In this document: positions 51,380 through 64,000 of the stretch, piece after piece
Layout: every line of letters begins with the position of its first letter
Numbering within the stretch: position 1 is the first letter of the stretch
From: Cetorhinus maximus
Taxonomy: Eukaryota
Reading direction: 5' to 3'
Assembly (NCBI RefSeq): GCF_964194155.1
Contig: NC_135898.1
Coordinates: 34,162,001 to 34,226,000 of the forward strand
DNA length: 64,000 nt
The notes under the pieces: model-generated
Database searches by the model: none
What the model was told of the DNA's origin: nothing
What the model saw: only the letters and a program-made list of their open reading frames with translations
Translations under genes and position numbers: made by a program

Positions 51380-53232
51380 CTGTGTAATCTGCCAGCAAAT
51401 CAGCTGTCACTGCCTCTCTCCACATCTCCTACCAGATTGTTCATTCATTTGTGAACGAGGCTCTTGCTGTCCATGAGCTTATTGTGGATAATTGCATCAA
51501 CATCATGGCCTTAATAGAAACCTGGCTGAGGGGTTATGACACCTTCCCCTTCAATGAACCCTCCCACCTAGCTACACCTTCCACCACTTGCCCTGCCCAA
51601 ACCCCCATGGTGGTAGTGTGGCTCTTATCATAAAATCACACCTCAGTCTGTGCCTTTACTCCTCTGGCTCCTTCACCTTTGAGCATTTCACTGAGTTCCA
51701 TCTCTCTTGCTCTTATATTTAAAATACTCTTCCTCTACCTCTCAACCAATTTTCTCACTGGACATCATCACTTCTTTCTTTCCTCAGCCTCTACAGTGAG
51801 CAACTTCTCATCCCCAGTGATTTGAACCTCCATCTGAACTCATCATGTTTTCTCCTCATAGTTCACTGCCATCCCATCCTCCACTAAACTCTCCCTCCAT
51901 ATAAACCTATATTTACAGCCACCCCCATGACCTTGCCATCTCAAATGGTTTCACTACTCCCATTATGTCAATCGCTGGTAAAACCATCTCTGATCCCTTC
52001 CTTGCAACACTCACCACCCATATCCCTCTTCCCCGTCCCATCCCTACTTCCTCTTGCGTCCTTTCTCCCAATTCACTTACAACTGAACTTTGAAAATCCC
52101 AACACGCTAGCCTTTGGTGTTAAATTCACCATGATAACTGTGCAGTTGCCAATCTCTTAACCAGACCCTCACCTCCACCTCCAATACCCTACTCCCCATT
52201 ACAAGCAATAGTTTCTTTCACCCCAGTCATTTCCTGATACAGCTCTCATCTCCATTCCCTTAAGCCCAAGGGACACAGACTTGAGTGGATATAGCAGATA
52301 AGTGCTTTAGCCATCCACTGCCAGCTCTGGCTGGACCACATAAAAAGTACTGGGTCCTGCTCTTCTTTGCCAAACCTGCTCACTATTCCAGGATCTTTCT
52401 GGAATGCAAAGATAACCCTGCTTCTCTTCCAAACTAAAAACCAGCTTCTTATATCCCTCTCCCCTGCCTTCTCCACTCTCACCCCAATAAGAGAAAGGAG
52501 TTCATGGGCTTCTTTGTGACTAAAATTGAGACATGCAATAAGATGCCTCTGCCACTTCCCTCCCTTTCTGTAGCACACTGCACCAAACTTCAAGGTTTCA
52601 CCCTGCTCTAGCCCTGAGCTCTCATCTTACTCTGTCTTCTCTCCTGTCTCCCCTCATGCTCTCTCCAGGCTCACCTTGTCTAAGAGACCCACCTTCTGCT
52701 CCCTTGACTCCATTCCCAGTAAACTACTAACCTCCCAATTTCCTTTCCTGGTCCCATGTTCATTGATATTGTTCACAGTTCTCTCTCCTCAGCTCATGTT
52801 TCCCTCCATTTCAAATCTGCCGTCAACATCCCACTCCTCAAAAAAAAACTATTCTTGTCCCTCCATCCTTGCAAATTACCATGCCATCTCCAACCTCCAT
52901 CCAAATTCTGCTGCCTGTTATCTAAATGGCATAAGTCTGTTCACACGTCACTTGTACTGGTTCCCAGTTTGGCAATGCCTCTATTTTGCAACTGTCATCT
53001 ATGCTTTCAAATCATTCAGTGACCTCACTCCTTCTTACCTCTAATCTTCTCTAACCCTACAACACTCCATGATATCTACACTTTTCCAATTCTGCCCTCT
53101 TTGACCAAGTTTTTGGCCATCTGTCTTAATATTTCATTATATGATTCAATGTCAACTTTTGTTTGATTACATTCCTGTGAAGTGCTTTGGCATGTTTTAC
53201 TACATTTAAGGTGTGATATAATTGCAAGTTGT
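51380..53232 (+). mobile_element. L2-type LINE, heavily decayed and internally deleted
   Basis: APE-like ELIVDNCINIMALIETWL, CSLDSIPSKLL, LANYHAISNL, LYWFPV; pyrimidine-rich sense strand; L2-type tail CCTGTGAAGTGCTTTGGCATGTTTTACTAC..TGCAAGTTGTT. Confidence 0.75.
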
Positions 53233-53744
53233 TCTTCTTGTTTTATAATTAAAGGAGTGTACAGAAAATTGGATTGCATGCATACTTTTAAAATATATTT
53301 CAGAACTAACCAAACTGATTTTCAAAAGTTCATACAGGACCAAGTATACCATGTAGCATTGGGAAAATCATTTCCAAGAGTAACATGGAAAACTTTTAAG
53401 TCAAATTTCTGGAACAAATCATTCCAGCAAATCAATGTCTTCCTATGTGATGACAAGTCCCCTTTAATGAATACTAAAAAAGCTTCAATAATCCATGAAA
53501 GTATATGTTCTTTTAATAATGTCTTTCTTATTTGATATATTGTAATCAATCAAGTGAATTATGAACTACAGAAATTCTATGCTATTGTAATCAGTCTAAG
53601 TGGAATAGAGCCACACTTCTTTTCTGTGTAATTGATAGTTGATCTATCAGTAAAAAGTCTAACATAATACCTTTATCTTGCTACTTAATCTTAGTTATGA
53701 CATTCACCATTATTCAGAGAATAATCAGAGGATGGTCTGAAAAG

Positions 53745-53900
53745 TTCAACATCTCATCCCAAAGACAGAACCTTTGACAATGCAGCACTCCCTCAACTCT
53801 GCACCGAACAGCCAGCATAAATTATGTGTTGCATTACCTGATTTGCCATTTGAACACACAACTTTCTGACTCAGTGGCAAAAGGGTTCCCACTGAGCCAA
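53745..53900 (-). mobile_element. DeuSINE-like SINE 5' part
   Basis: AACATCTCATCCCAAAGACAG..ATGCAGCACTCCCTCA..ACTGAGCC reverse-matches 50319-50470. Confidence 0.65.
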
Positions 53901-53914
53901 TCAAATCCCCTTTG

Positions 53915-54260
53915 TTAATAGCACAGAGGGAAGCCATGCAGCCTATGCTGTCGGTTTGAAAGAACTATCGAATTAGTTCCACTCCTCTGCACCTACTCCA
54001 GAGCTATGCAATTTCTTTCCCTTGAAGTATTTATCCAATTCCCATTTCTAATTAGTATTGAACCTGCTTCCATCGCCCACTCAGGCAGTGCATTCCAAAT
54101 CATTACAAACTGCAGTTTAAAAAAATTCTCCTCACTTCCCTTTGTTTTTTTCTTGACAATTAGCTAAAATCTATGTCCTCTGGTTACTGACTCTCCTGCC
54201 AGCGGAAACAGTTTCTTCCCATTTACTCTATCAAAGCCCCTCATAATTCTGAGCAGTATT
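53915..54260 (-). mobile_element. CR1 3' tail fragment
   Basis: TCAGGCAGTGCATTCCA (reverse complement of WNALPE) and the tail motif shared with 44310-44370 and 46933-47050. Confidence 0.6.
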
Positions 54261-54457
54261 TTAATTAATTACCTTTCAGTGCTACAATTACCTAGTGCAT
54301 TTTAAGATGACAGAATTTCAACCCACGTGTCAACTTTATTGCAAATTATATGAAAAACTATTCTTCACAATTGGGATTACACGTTTCAGTAATACAAAAG
54401 CAAAATCCTTGTAGATGCTGGAAATCTGAAAAAAAACACAGAAAATGCTGGAAATAC

Positions 54458-56389
54458 TGTTACAATCTCTGTATGAACCGATAACTTTTAAAAAGAGAAT
54501 AGAATTTCCAGTTATTAGCTGAAAGAGTGACCCAGCAAGATTTCGCATTTTAAAACTTTTACTGTAATAAATTACAAAAAAATCACTATTCACTAAGCAC
54601 TGTTTTCTTTTTGTAGGCCACTTATACTTTAACTACAGAAAGCGACATTGCTTTTATATACTTATCATCCATCATACTCTCTGTGGAATACAGTCCTAGG
54701 GCAGGCTTTAGTTGCTCCCATCTTCCAGTGGGTTCCTGTATCCCTGTTTCGCTGGATAGTAACTTCAAGTGACCTTCTCCAGGTGCTTTCCTCAGTTTTC
54801 TAAAAGTTTATTAAATCCACCACCAGCAATAAAGACTGATCCGATGATTCTTCTTGCCCCAACCATACCAGATCTAACAACCGGGATGGGAGGAGTGCGC
54901 ACCTGATCTAGCCCCACTACCCTGCAGGCCGTACTATTCATTTAAAAGTTTAATTTTCACGCCAAAGTAGCCAATTGTCTGTTTCCCATACTGATGCCCA
55001 GAATAAAAAAAAAGTCTTCAACCAGGCTTCTTTAGATAAACCCAGAACGATTGTTTATTATAAAACAAAACTTTTTAACAAGTTGTAGGTACTGGTTAAC
55101 ACACAATTGTAATCGGGAAGTATAACTATCTATCTCTTCCTAAAGAATTCCTCCAGTACACACACACAGAGAAACCAAGGACAAACAGATAGAGTCTCTC
55201 CGCAGAGGTAGGCTTTAGAGGATGGGTGTTGTAAAATAAAGTTCATAGGGTCTCGACGCTGTCAACCTGGAGTTCCCTCATGTGAAGACGGGCCAGTGGT
55301 CCTGGTGGATGTCTAGAAGTTCTCACCAACTAGTCTAAGCGTTGCAGGTCCAAATACAGACCAGTTACACCCAGATGAGGGTTCTCTGGCTACAAGTTGA
55401 TAGCCACACACATTTTAGGCAAAATAGAGAGAGAGAGATCCAGTTAGAGTAGCCTTCCTTACTCAGTTTGTTCCCCAACAAGACTGCCTTCAAAACCAGC
55501 AATTTCACAACTTAAGTTTTTTTCTCTCTCCCATGTGATTTCCAGCGAGTTACCAACCTTTGCCTTTTCAGTTTTTTTCCCCATCAATTAAAGTAACTGT
55601 TGATCAAAACAACCAGATCTTCCTCAATTACCATAAAGATCAGGTGATTTCTTGGAAGAGGCCAGCTTGTTGACAGTTCCAAGATGAACTTATGACCTTT
55701 AAAAAAAAATTCCAGGTTAGCATCCAAATGTACAGATAATGCCATGTCCATCCATTTTGTAAAATGAAAATTCACTCTTGAGAGATCTGATTGTAACACA
55801 GAACAAGTCTCCTGGAATCTGGAGAGGACTACAGGATGCATCTCTTTGACAAGACACTCTCTCCCTCATGATTCTGGCTGTGGTAGCTCACAAAGTCAAG
55901 CAGCCTTTTCTCTCTGCAGACCACACCGAACTTCTGCTATCTGTTGTCTGTGATATTCATTGATTTGTAGGGAAACCTGTAACCTGATTTCAAAAATTGC
56001 TTACTCTGTCCTCTTCCCCATGACAAGGTGAAACACATTAGCCTTGCATCCAGGTAGAAATGCTAATTAGCTATTCTTTACCTCAACTCCCTTTCATCTT
56101 AGGAGTAACTGGACAGTTCACAGCACAACTGTTTACAACATTGTTCTGGGACTCTGGAGATTCCACCTACTCATTGCAAACTCAGAGACTGGTGTCATTG
56201 TGTGCTAGGATAAATACCTCACTTTCTTCTCAGTGAAACAATCTAAATCCTCCTTTGATCTCGAACAATTAAATCTCTCAGGCTTACTGTCAGGCAGACT
56301 GCAGAACAGGTCACATAACCTCTTTCAATTACCCTAAATTTAAAGCTACAGTCCCAAAATATAATATTATAAACCTTATAATTGTAACA
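54458..56389. mobile_element. 1.93-kb LTR-like insertion (solo or composite LTR)
   Basis: Perfect 9-bp inverted termini TGTTACAAT...ATTGTAACA and a 4-bp TSD ATAC (54454-54457 and 56390-56393). It splits a Penelope-type repeat (GCTGGAAATAC | TCAGCCAGTCTGGCAGCAT). Confidence 0.85.
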
Positions 56390-56465
56390 ATACTCAGCCA
56401 GTCTGGCAGCATGTGTGGAGAGAGAAACAGTTAACTTTTTAGGTCTGTGACCTTTCATCAGAGGT
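56390..56465 (-). mobile_element. Hammerhead-bearing half of the Penelope-type repeat split by the LTR (other half 54390-54457)
   Basis: Minus strand reads CTGATGA-AAGGTCACAGACCT-AAAAAGTTAAC; the GAAAC motif has decayed. Confidence 0.7.
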
Positions 56466-58544
56466 TCATTTAAGGTTTCAGTCACAACTAACCAAGTCGA
56501 TTGGAGGGCAGGACTGAAGCATGTCCCAACTAATACCATAGGAGGGTAGGTTGTTAGGGTAAATGAGTTAGATTAGGTGGTCAGATCCAATCAATAATCT
56601 ATAACTTTCTCTCACTGTTGACTGCACACAAACTTCAGGCAGATGATGATTTGTGGAAATTGCAACTCATTTAGTATTTGTCCATTGCATTATACACAAC
56701 AAATAAACTGCTAATTACAGCTTTAAAACATTTTCCTCTAAAAAATCTTTCTAGGGTATGTCCAACTACCATCTTGTCTGAAGGTTTATTTTTGGAAATG
56801 AGGAGGATCTTACTTAGGTGAATTCATGAACTGTCTTTATTTCCATTCCTGTAAAATGCACTTACAAAATATTCAGGAGTTAGGAATAGAATCGAGGGTG
56901 AGGTGACAGGAGATTTGGCAACACTGTTTGGATTCATCCCTGGAGGCTTCATCAAATGACTCCCCCACTGCAACCATCCCGCTCAGTTAAACAGCCTTTT
57001 CCCTTCCATTTCCAACATTTTTATAACTGATAGGTGAAGTGTTCAAAGAAAATGAAAAGAGACACAATCATTTTTACTGCCTGTTATGATTTTTCTTCCA
57101 GGTTACACACAGCAATGTCTTGGTGATTACTTGTTCATTTCTGGAGATTCCAGGACAGTCTTAGAGAGCTGGTAACCCTGAGCTGAAGTGATGACGACTT
57201 TTACAAAAACAAAATGCAAAGATTCCCATATTACTTCAAGTGCTATTGTGTTGTAAACATTTGCTTCATTTGTGCACTGAGTGCAGTACCCATTTATATA
57301 AACTGTAATTTGGATAGTCTTTTCAATTTGCTTCCATTCTTGTGATCGAGCCCCCTTTGTTCCTATGCATTAACTGGGGAGAAAGCACACACCATTTATA
57401 TTGGAGCAGTTAACATCATGGTGAAATATAAGGAGTGACTTTATTAATAAGTGCATAATAGATGGCAAACCCCAGGCAGAAGTCAGAGCTATGCAGGGGC
57501 ACAATATGCACCTGTTTGGTGCCTGTTCCCACAAGAACACAAACACAAGAATACAAGAATTAGGAGCAGGAGGAGGACATTCCGCCTGTGCAAACGATGT
57601 TGCTACACATTTGAGATTTTTTTCTAATGGTTTTGCTGATGCAATGAGTTCTATTTCCAGTGCACTAAATGGTTTAATGGTGATAATAGTGGATAAATAT
57701 TTAATGTGCCAATATGAGATTCCCGTTGCTCTTTTAACACCTGTTATTTTAAATAGGTTAACATAAGCTCAAATTGCAAATGAAGGAATTCCACATTATC
57801 ATGCTAAGAGTTCATCTACATCCAGCCTCAGCTTTTAAGCCTTTAAAAGAAGAAAATGTTTGAAATATATCGTAATTTATTGGCATTTAAAAGGAGACAA
57901 GCTGATGTTGGGGGATCAGAACACAGAACTAAGATCATGTTTCAATGATATTGCTTAATACTTTTCTCATGTGGCTAATTATAAATAAAAATAGGTTATT
58001 CAAAATGTGTATCCAGTTAATTCTTGAATACCACTGAGCTACAGGTGAGGATTTAGTCCAGTTACGCAATAACGAGGAAGTGGCTAAATCTGGACCCACT
58101 GGTTCCCACCTGTCCGGAGAATGCCAGATCCTTGCCATCAGGTCCCCTGTCTGAGTTCTCTCTCTCTGTCTGCAGGACTAACTGCTCTCCCAGACTCCAT
58201 GAGGGTGAAATTCAGCTTGAGCACTAATGCAAAATGTGCAATAGTGCATTGACAACTTCGGTTTCAATGGAAAAAAAGAGAGGAATGGCTGTCTTTCCTT
58301 CCACAGTTCATGGAAAAAGGAATAGGCAGCAAAGCAGTGTTAATGGGCAACCTGTACACTATCATTCATTTTGTTCTTCCATCCAAGATAAATGTAATGT
58401 CCAGTGCATATAACTACATTTCCAAATGGCTATGTTCAGCTTTTCTCTGCCCCCAAACCCCACCTCCTGGGTTGAGGCCCACCACTGTTCCACCCAGCTC
58501 CCACTGCCCAAATCAGTGTCAGTCTTGGCCATGTTCTGTATGAG

Positions 58545-58740
58545 TAAAAGAGAGCTGTGGATGCTCAGTCTTCGAGTATATTCAAGACAGAGATCGACAG
58601 ATTTTTTTGGGTACTAAGAGAATCAAGGGATATGGGGATAGTACAGGAAGGTGGAGTTGAGGAAGAAGATCAGCCATGATCTTGTTGAATGGCAGAGAAG
58701 GCTTGAAGGGCCAAATGTCTGAATCCAGCTCCTTATGTCA
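58545..58740 (+). mobile_element. CR1 3' tail
   Basis: TTCAAGACAGAGATCGACAGATT..GGAGTTGAGG..GATCAGCCATGATCTTGTTGAATGGC. Confidence 0.8.
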
Positions 58741-60494
58741 TATTGATATGAGCAAAATGATGGGGGAAATCAATCAGGGGTAACGTGTTAAATGACAGAA
58801 TGGAACACCATGAGCTAGACATTCAGGATAAATTGAACATACCCCTGCTCAGTGCGATTGCGTGTGGGGGAATTGCATTTGTTGCCCTATCTCAATCTTC
58901 ACTTTGCTTCTGCATAAATTCAATGAAAGCATTACTAATAAATTAGTGAATAAATTATCCTAAGAGTGCCAGGAAATTCTTGTTTCAGCTTAAATTGTCC
59001 AATGAGAATAAGAACACTATTGCTCAAATATTTGATCAAAGAATCTAATTAAGACATTTAATGTCCCAGTTAATATGGTGTACTATCCTCTGACATGAAT
59101 AAAAGTGTACCATTTTAATGTTTATGATATTGGTTATAGTGTCGAAAAATATCATGTAGAAACGTGTACACTTCCACCAAAGAATCATTGGATAGCATTA
59201 GGAATGGGAACTCTGGATTATTTTCCCCTCTTGAGCTCAGATGAACAGAGGTGAATTGTAGCATCACTGAAACTCACTTCCTGGTATGCATGGCTCAGCT
59301 AAAAACTTCCTCCAGCAACTATTAGTTCATTGAACACTTTTATGATATGCTGATTTCTCACAAATTACTTATCCAGAGTCAGAATCATTGAATACAAATC
59401 TGTTCCAATCATGCAAGGTGTAATTGTACTGTTATTTTATAGAGTTTATGGTTTTTGGTTCATCTGCAGTTAATGGTTTGATTTTATTAGTTTTTGCATT
59501 GATATAACACAAAAGTAAAAACTACAGCTTAAACATGTAATTAAACTTTCCATACTGTTCATCAGCATCTGATCAATTCCTTGAACCCCTCAATTAATGT
59601 GAGTGAAACTGAGGCATAATTCATTTTCAAATGTTTCTGGAGAGAACACTTTAAAATTATTCAATGTAATCAAAGTCCTTTCAGCTCTTGGCTATCGTTA
59701 AAAATTTAACTTGCATTTGAATACGAGTGTTACTGAGCTGAGTTCTGTGGATGCATTGATGCAATTAAGACCTCTGCATTGCCTTACCAGAGAGGGAGGT
59801 GAATTTCGAACTTCAGTGAAAAGCTGTTGAATGTCTGTTTCTCCCCATCTTAAATTAACAAGCCACTGAACAAAATTGCACACTCAGAAATTTCATGTTC
59901 CAAAGCTGCACCTTCCTGCAATTTTGTTAACAGGTTGTTAACTTCTTGGCTTTATGCTGCCAGTTTGGATAACTCTAAAGGAGGTACCAATGTGCATGAA
60001 TTATCTGTTGTGGTTCTATTCCTACCTGTCCTTTTGAAGACAAAAATTTTGCCTGGTTAATTTGTTGGGAATAACAAAGCACCATGTTCTGCTACTACAA
60101 ACAGTTACAAGCCTTGGGTCTCATCTGCATCAACCACTAGAGCTACCAACTGAGGCTTAGCCCGCAGTTAGAAAATTGCGGCATGCTCTTCGACATCGAG
60201 CTCAGCTTAGTGCCCACAAATGATCCATCATCATGACTCATTTCCATCAATTTTGAGATATCCCTGGCCTCTGCCCTGAGATTTCTTTCTCATCACCATG
60301 ACCCTTGACTATGTCTTCCTTTATCACCCAAGGTTAGACCACTTCAATATTCTGTTTTGCAGCATCCACACTTCTGCTTTCGACAAATTACAAGCCACCC
60401 AGAATGTTATAGCCTGCATACTTGCCTGCAGTAAGGTCCATATCCTGATTACTTTTACCTTTGTCTGTCCCCAGTGATATGTTCATGGCCTTAC

Positions 60495-60639
60495 TGTTAA
60501 TGGTAAGTTACTTATATTGTAAAGATACACAGGTAAAGGGAGAGCTATGAGACTGAACAATGTCAATAAACTCTCTCAGTAAAGAAAAGCTCTGTGTCTT
60601 TGATTTTGACTTCACCCACTTGCTTGGATTCTCTTAACA
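60495..60639 (+). repeat. 5' LTR (145 bp)
   Basis: TGTTAA...TTAACA termini with an internal AATAAA; homologous to the solo LTR at 26094-26302. Confidence 0.85.
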
Positions 60640-60640
60640 C

Positions 60641-60665
60641 TGGTAGCACGGTAGCAGAGAATGGG
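60641..60665 (+). promoter_or_regulatory. Primer-binding site complementary to initiator tRNA-Met, with a partial duplication
   Basis: TGGTAGCA-CGGTAGCAGAGAATGG, one nt after the LTR. The complement of the animal tRNAi-Met 3' end is TGGTAGCAGAGGATGG. Confidence 0.8.
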
Positions 60666-62660
60666 TAGCCTAAAGGTGAAGATTGGAAACTAAGACTTAT
60701 TTTCAGACAGAATGTTGTAATTGGGGTTACTTTGGAGAAGAATGGCTAAAGCCAAGTGTAAAGTATTGTTGTATGATTTTCTACTGTTGTTCTGTGAAGC
60801 TGAACCTTATGACCAATGGAAGAATGAAATGGATATGTGGACATGGGTTACATCTTTACCAAAGAAAAAGCAAGGTATGGCCTTGGCACTTTCACTTCCC
60901 AACAGAAGCAGGATCAGGTGCAAAGTATTTTCGAAGCCAGAGGCTCATCATTTGGACACTGAGGAAGGTTTGGATAATCTTAAAATGCATATGAGGCATG
61001 GTCAGACTTTGATAAATTTAGAAGGATGGATGGTTAGTCCATAGAAAAATATGTCATGGAATTTAACATGTTGTATACAAGATTGCAGAAATTCTATCTG
61101 GAGATTCCAAATTCATTCAGTACTTGCTTTCAATTGTTGTATTGTGCTAAAGTATCGAACATGGATAGGCTCCTGGTCTTGACTGGAGTTAGATTCTCAG
61201 GAAGAGATATGCTTTTGGAACAGATGTCTGAAGCTTTAAAAAGATTTCTGGGGAAACATTCATTCCCAGCCACTTTCAAAGCACTAACGGGACATTCAGC
61301 CGTAACGTAAGAGATTCAATGCTGGCAACATTTCGAGACTGTTTAGATATGGGGCATCAATACGAAAGGAGAACCACAAACAAAAAAAAATGAGGATAGA
61401 GACCCTTTTGGTAGCTCTAGCAGACAACAGGGATTGGGTAACTATGGCAGGAGAATGAACCCCAGGAATAACCAAGGAATGGTAAACAGGTGTTTCAGAT
61501 GTGACTCAGAACACCATTACATGATGAATTATCTAAAACGGGATAGCAGGGTTGTTGAAATGAAACATGACAAGGAAGGATTGGAAGGGGAAGATGGCAA
61601 TACTGATTCGTCAGAAGGAATTATACTGGTCACCAGAAGCTTTAGTCCAGTAATGGGTGTTCTAGTTTCGGACTCATTCAATTGTGCTGTGTTAGGCAGT
61701 GTGTGCACATCCACAGTATATGGAATGGATTGTTAAACTGTTACCTGGATTCTCTTAAATAGTAAAGACCGAAGTAAGGTTAAGGAATATGAAAATTTTA
61801 CTTACTTCAGGTTCAGAGACAATAACACATCGAAGTCACTAAAGAGAATGATGATTCTGTGTAAGAAAGCAGGGACCATTTTATCAGTACAGATGTAGTA
61901 TCCTGTGAAATGCCCTTAATGTTAAGTAAGCCGTCTATGAAAAAGACTCAAATTAAATTAGATGTGGAACATGATAAGGAAATTGTTTTTGGGAAACCTG
62001 TAGATTTGCAGTTTACACAATTAGGACATTTTTATATCCCCTTAACAAGACCTAATATTTCTAATCACAATGCTAAAGAGGTGTTGACGATATCAGGGGT
62101 TAGGAGTTTAAAGGAAAAAAGGAAAATTGTTTTCAAATTACATTAGTAGTTTGCCCATCCATCTTGTCATAGGTTAAAAGTTCTACTAAAAGATGCAGGG
62201 GTAATGGATGATGATGATGATGAATATACTAAACTTATAGAAGAGATCAGTGAGAAATGCAATTTATGTTAAAAATAGAGGAGGACAGCATCATGGCCCA
62301 TAATGAGTCTCCCATTAACAAGAGGCTCTAATGAAATTTTGACAACAGACTTGAAAGTATGGAATAAGGACCAAAACATTTTTCTCTTACATTACATTGA
62401 CACGATAACTAGATTCAGTCTGTCAACAATAATATATAGTTAAAAGAAAAAGGTAATTGTGGACAAGATAATAGATAAATGGATAGGAGCTGGACTGGGA
62501 GCATCTGCTAAATTCCTAACTGACAATGGTGGGGGAAGGGGGAAATTTGCCAACCATGAATTTAAAAGTATGTGAAAATATGAACATTGTAGTAGTGAAC
62601 ATAGCAGTGGAAAGTTCCTTTAGTAATGGGCTTTGTGAAAGAAATCACACAGTAATTGAA

Positions 62661-63175
62661 CTGTGTTGGTCACCTTATTTAAGGAAGGATGTAAATGCAT
62701 TGGAAGCAGTTGAGAGAAGGTTTACCAGACTAGCACCTGGAATGGGCAGGTTGTCTTATCAGGAAAGGTTGGACAGACTAGGCTTGTATTTGTTGGAGTT
62801 TAGAAGAGTAAGAAGCAAAACTTGATTGAAACATATAAAGATCCTGAGAGGTCTTGACACGGTAGATGTTTCCTCTTGTGGAAGAATCTACAACTAGGGA
62901 TTACTGTTTAAGAATAAGGGGTCGCCCATTTAAAACAGAGATGAGGCAAAAAAATTTTCTCTGAGGGTTGTGAGTCTTTGGAATTCTCTCCCTGAAAAGG
63001 TGGGGGAAGCAGAGTCTTTGAATATTTTTAAGGCATAGATGGATAGATTATTGGTAAGCAAGGGGGTAATAGGTTATTGGGGGTGGGCAGGATGCAGATT
63101 TGAAGTTACTATTAGATTAGCCATGATCTTATTGAATGGTTGAATGGCCTACTCCTGCTCCTTGTTCGTATGTTC
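62661..63175 (+). mobile_element. CR1 3' fragment inserted into the Copia integrase
   Basis: The integrase motif ERNHTVI switches abruptly to CR1 WSPYLRKDVNALEAVERRFTRL. After the CR1 tail, integrase-like sequence resumes (QLVYGRNP, DHPSALEG). Confidence 0.9.
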
Positions 63176-64000
63176 ACTAAATCTTAACTGACCAACTGAA
63201 TTGTAAACTGACGTCTGCCCTGGTGTGTGAAGAATGTGAAGAATTCACTTCAAATGGCTGGGGGCTATCGTCCCTAACAATTAGTTTATGGGAGAAATCC
63301 AAATATAACTTTGGTGATTTGGGATCACCCATCAGCCTTGGAAGGGAACTCAATGGTTGGTTCAATTTTTTCTGAGTACTTGAATGGCCTGCATGCAGGA
63401 AGAAGAGCATTTATCAAGGCTGAGATTTCAGGGAAAATTCAACAAGCCTTATGGCACCGCATAAGGCCATCAGAAATAGATTTTAGTCCAGGGGACATGC
63501 TAAATTACAAAAGAGAAGGACAGAAAGAGTGGAAAGGCCCAGGTAAGGTTATCAGCAGTGATGGAAGAACGGTAATTTTACAACATGGCAATCAGTAATT
63601 TTATAACATGGCAATCAAACAGTTAGGATACATTCCTAGAGGCTAACTGACACTGATTATACATTGACAGAATCTGAACAGGTAATAGAAAGTGAAGAAG
63701 CACCATACGCTTCTCATACACATATTTTGGACAATTATAAGGAGCAGATTATGGAAGATAAAGAGATAACTGAATATGAGCAAAGTGATAACGAAACGCA
63801 GGATAAGACCATTTATCCCAAAGGACAACAACCAAAGTAGGCATTAGAGTAACATATATTCCAGTAGGGACCAATGTATGGAGGGATGCCACCGTTATAG
63901 GGACAGCAGGAAAAGCCACCGGCAAATACAAACTTTGGCTGAATGTGCAAGATGAGGGACAGAAGGCAAAACCCATGGATTGGTAAAATGAGGTAAAGAT

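Larger units (their letters stand above)
60495..64000 (+). mobile_element. Decayed Ty1/Copia LTR retrotransposon, GalEa-like; truncated by the window end
   Basis: 5' LTR and PBS, then gag (PYDQWKNEMDMWTWVTSLPKKKQGMALALSLP), zinc knuckle (RCFRCDSEHH), protease-like AVLGSVCTSTV and PLMLSKPSMKK, integrase (KLH..FAHPS, TDLKVW, FLTDNGG, SSFSNGLCERNH, WKGPGKVI). The PR-IN order is Copia-type. Many stops and frameshifts. Confidence 0.8.

Noticed and set aside
56900-57180. MITE-like segments (also about 22340-22445, 35870-36885 and 58200-58920)
   Set aside because: They show hints of hAT- or Harbinger-like ends, but I could not pair TIRs or TSDs by eye, so they are not reported as features.
62526-62825. 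Apparent integrase-RT fusion ORF
   Set aside because: Chance in-frame junction between the Copia integrase and an inserted CR1 fragment.

Overview
Eukaryotic, AT-rich vertebrate genomic DNA. The repeat repertoire (DeuSINEs, abundant CR1/L2 LINEs, Penelope-type hammerhead repeats) suggests a cartilaginous fish, which is an inference. The only host gene I can support is the 5' part of a REEP1-4 family gene on the minus strand, most similar to REEP3. Its three coding exons lie at 48863-48832, 26934-26862 and 5840-5764, with GT-AG introns of about 21-22 kb and a CpG-rich CCAAT promoter at about 48.6-49.1 kb. The gene continues off the left edge. The rest is intron or intergenic DNA full of decayed transposons, and nearly all entries in the ORF track are TE fragments or noise. 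The most interesting observations are: (1) a single-ORF APE-RT LINE (701-3826) that starts with a tRNA-type Pol III A/B-box head and is almost free of sense-strand TTTT terminators, together with a SINE (37.0-37.5 kb) that looks like its internal-deletion derivative; (2) a family of ~100-nt insertions carrying minimal hammerhead-ribozyme motifs, including three young copies at 40.0-43.4 kb, one flanked by a 147/167-bp direct repeat; (3) a decayed GalEa-like Copia provirus (60.5 kb to window end) plus a related solo LTR; (4) a candidate transposon-derived poison exon in REEP intron 2. All counts and alignments were made by eye, and most TE boundaries are approximate.
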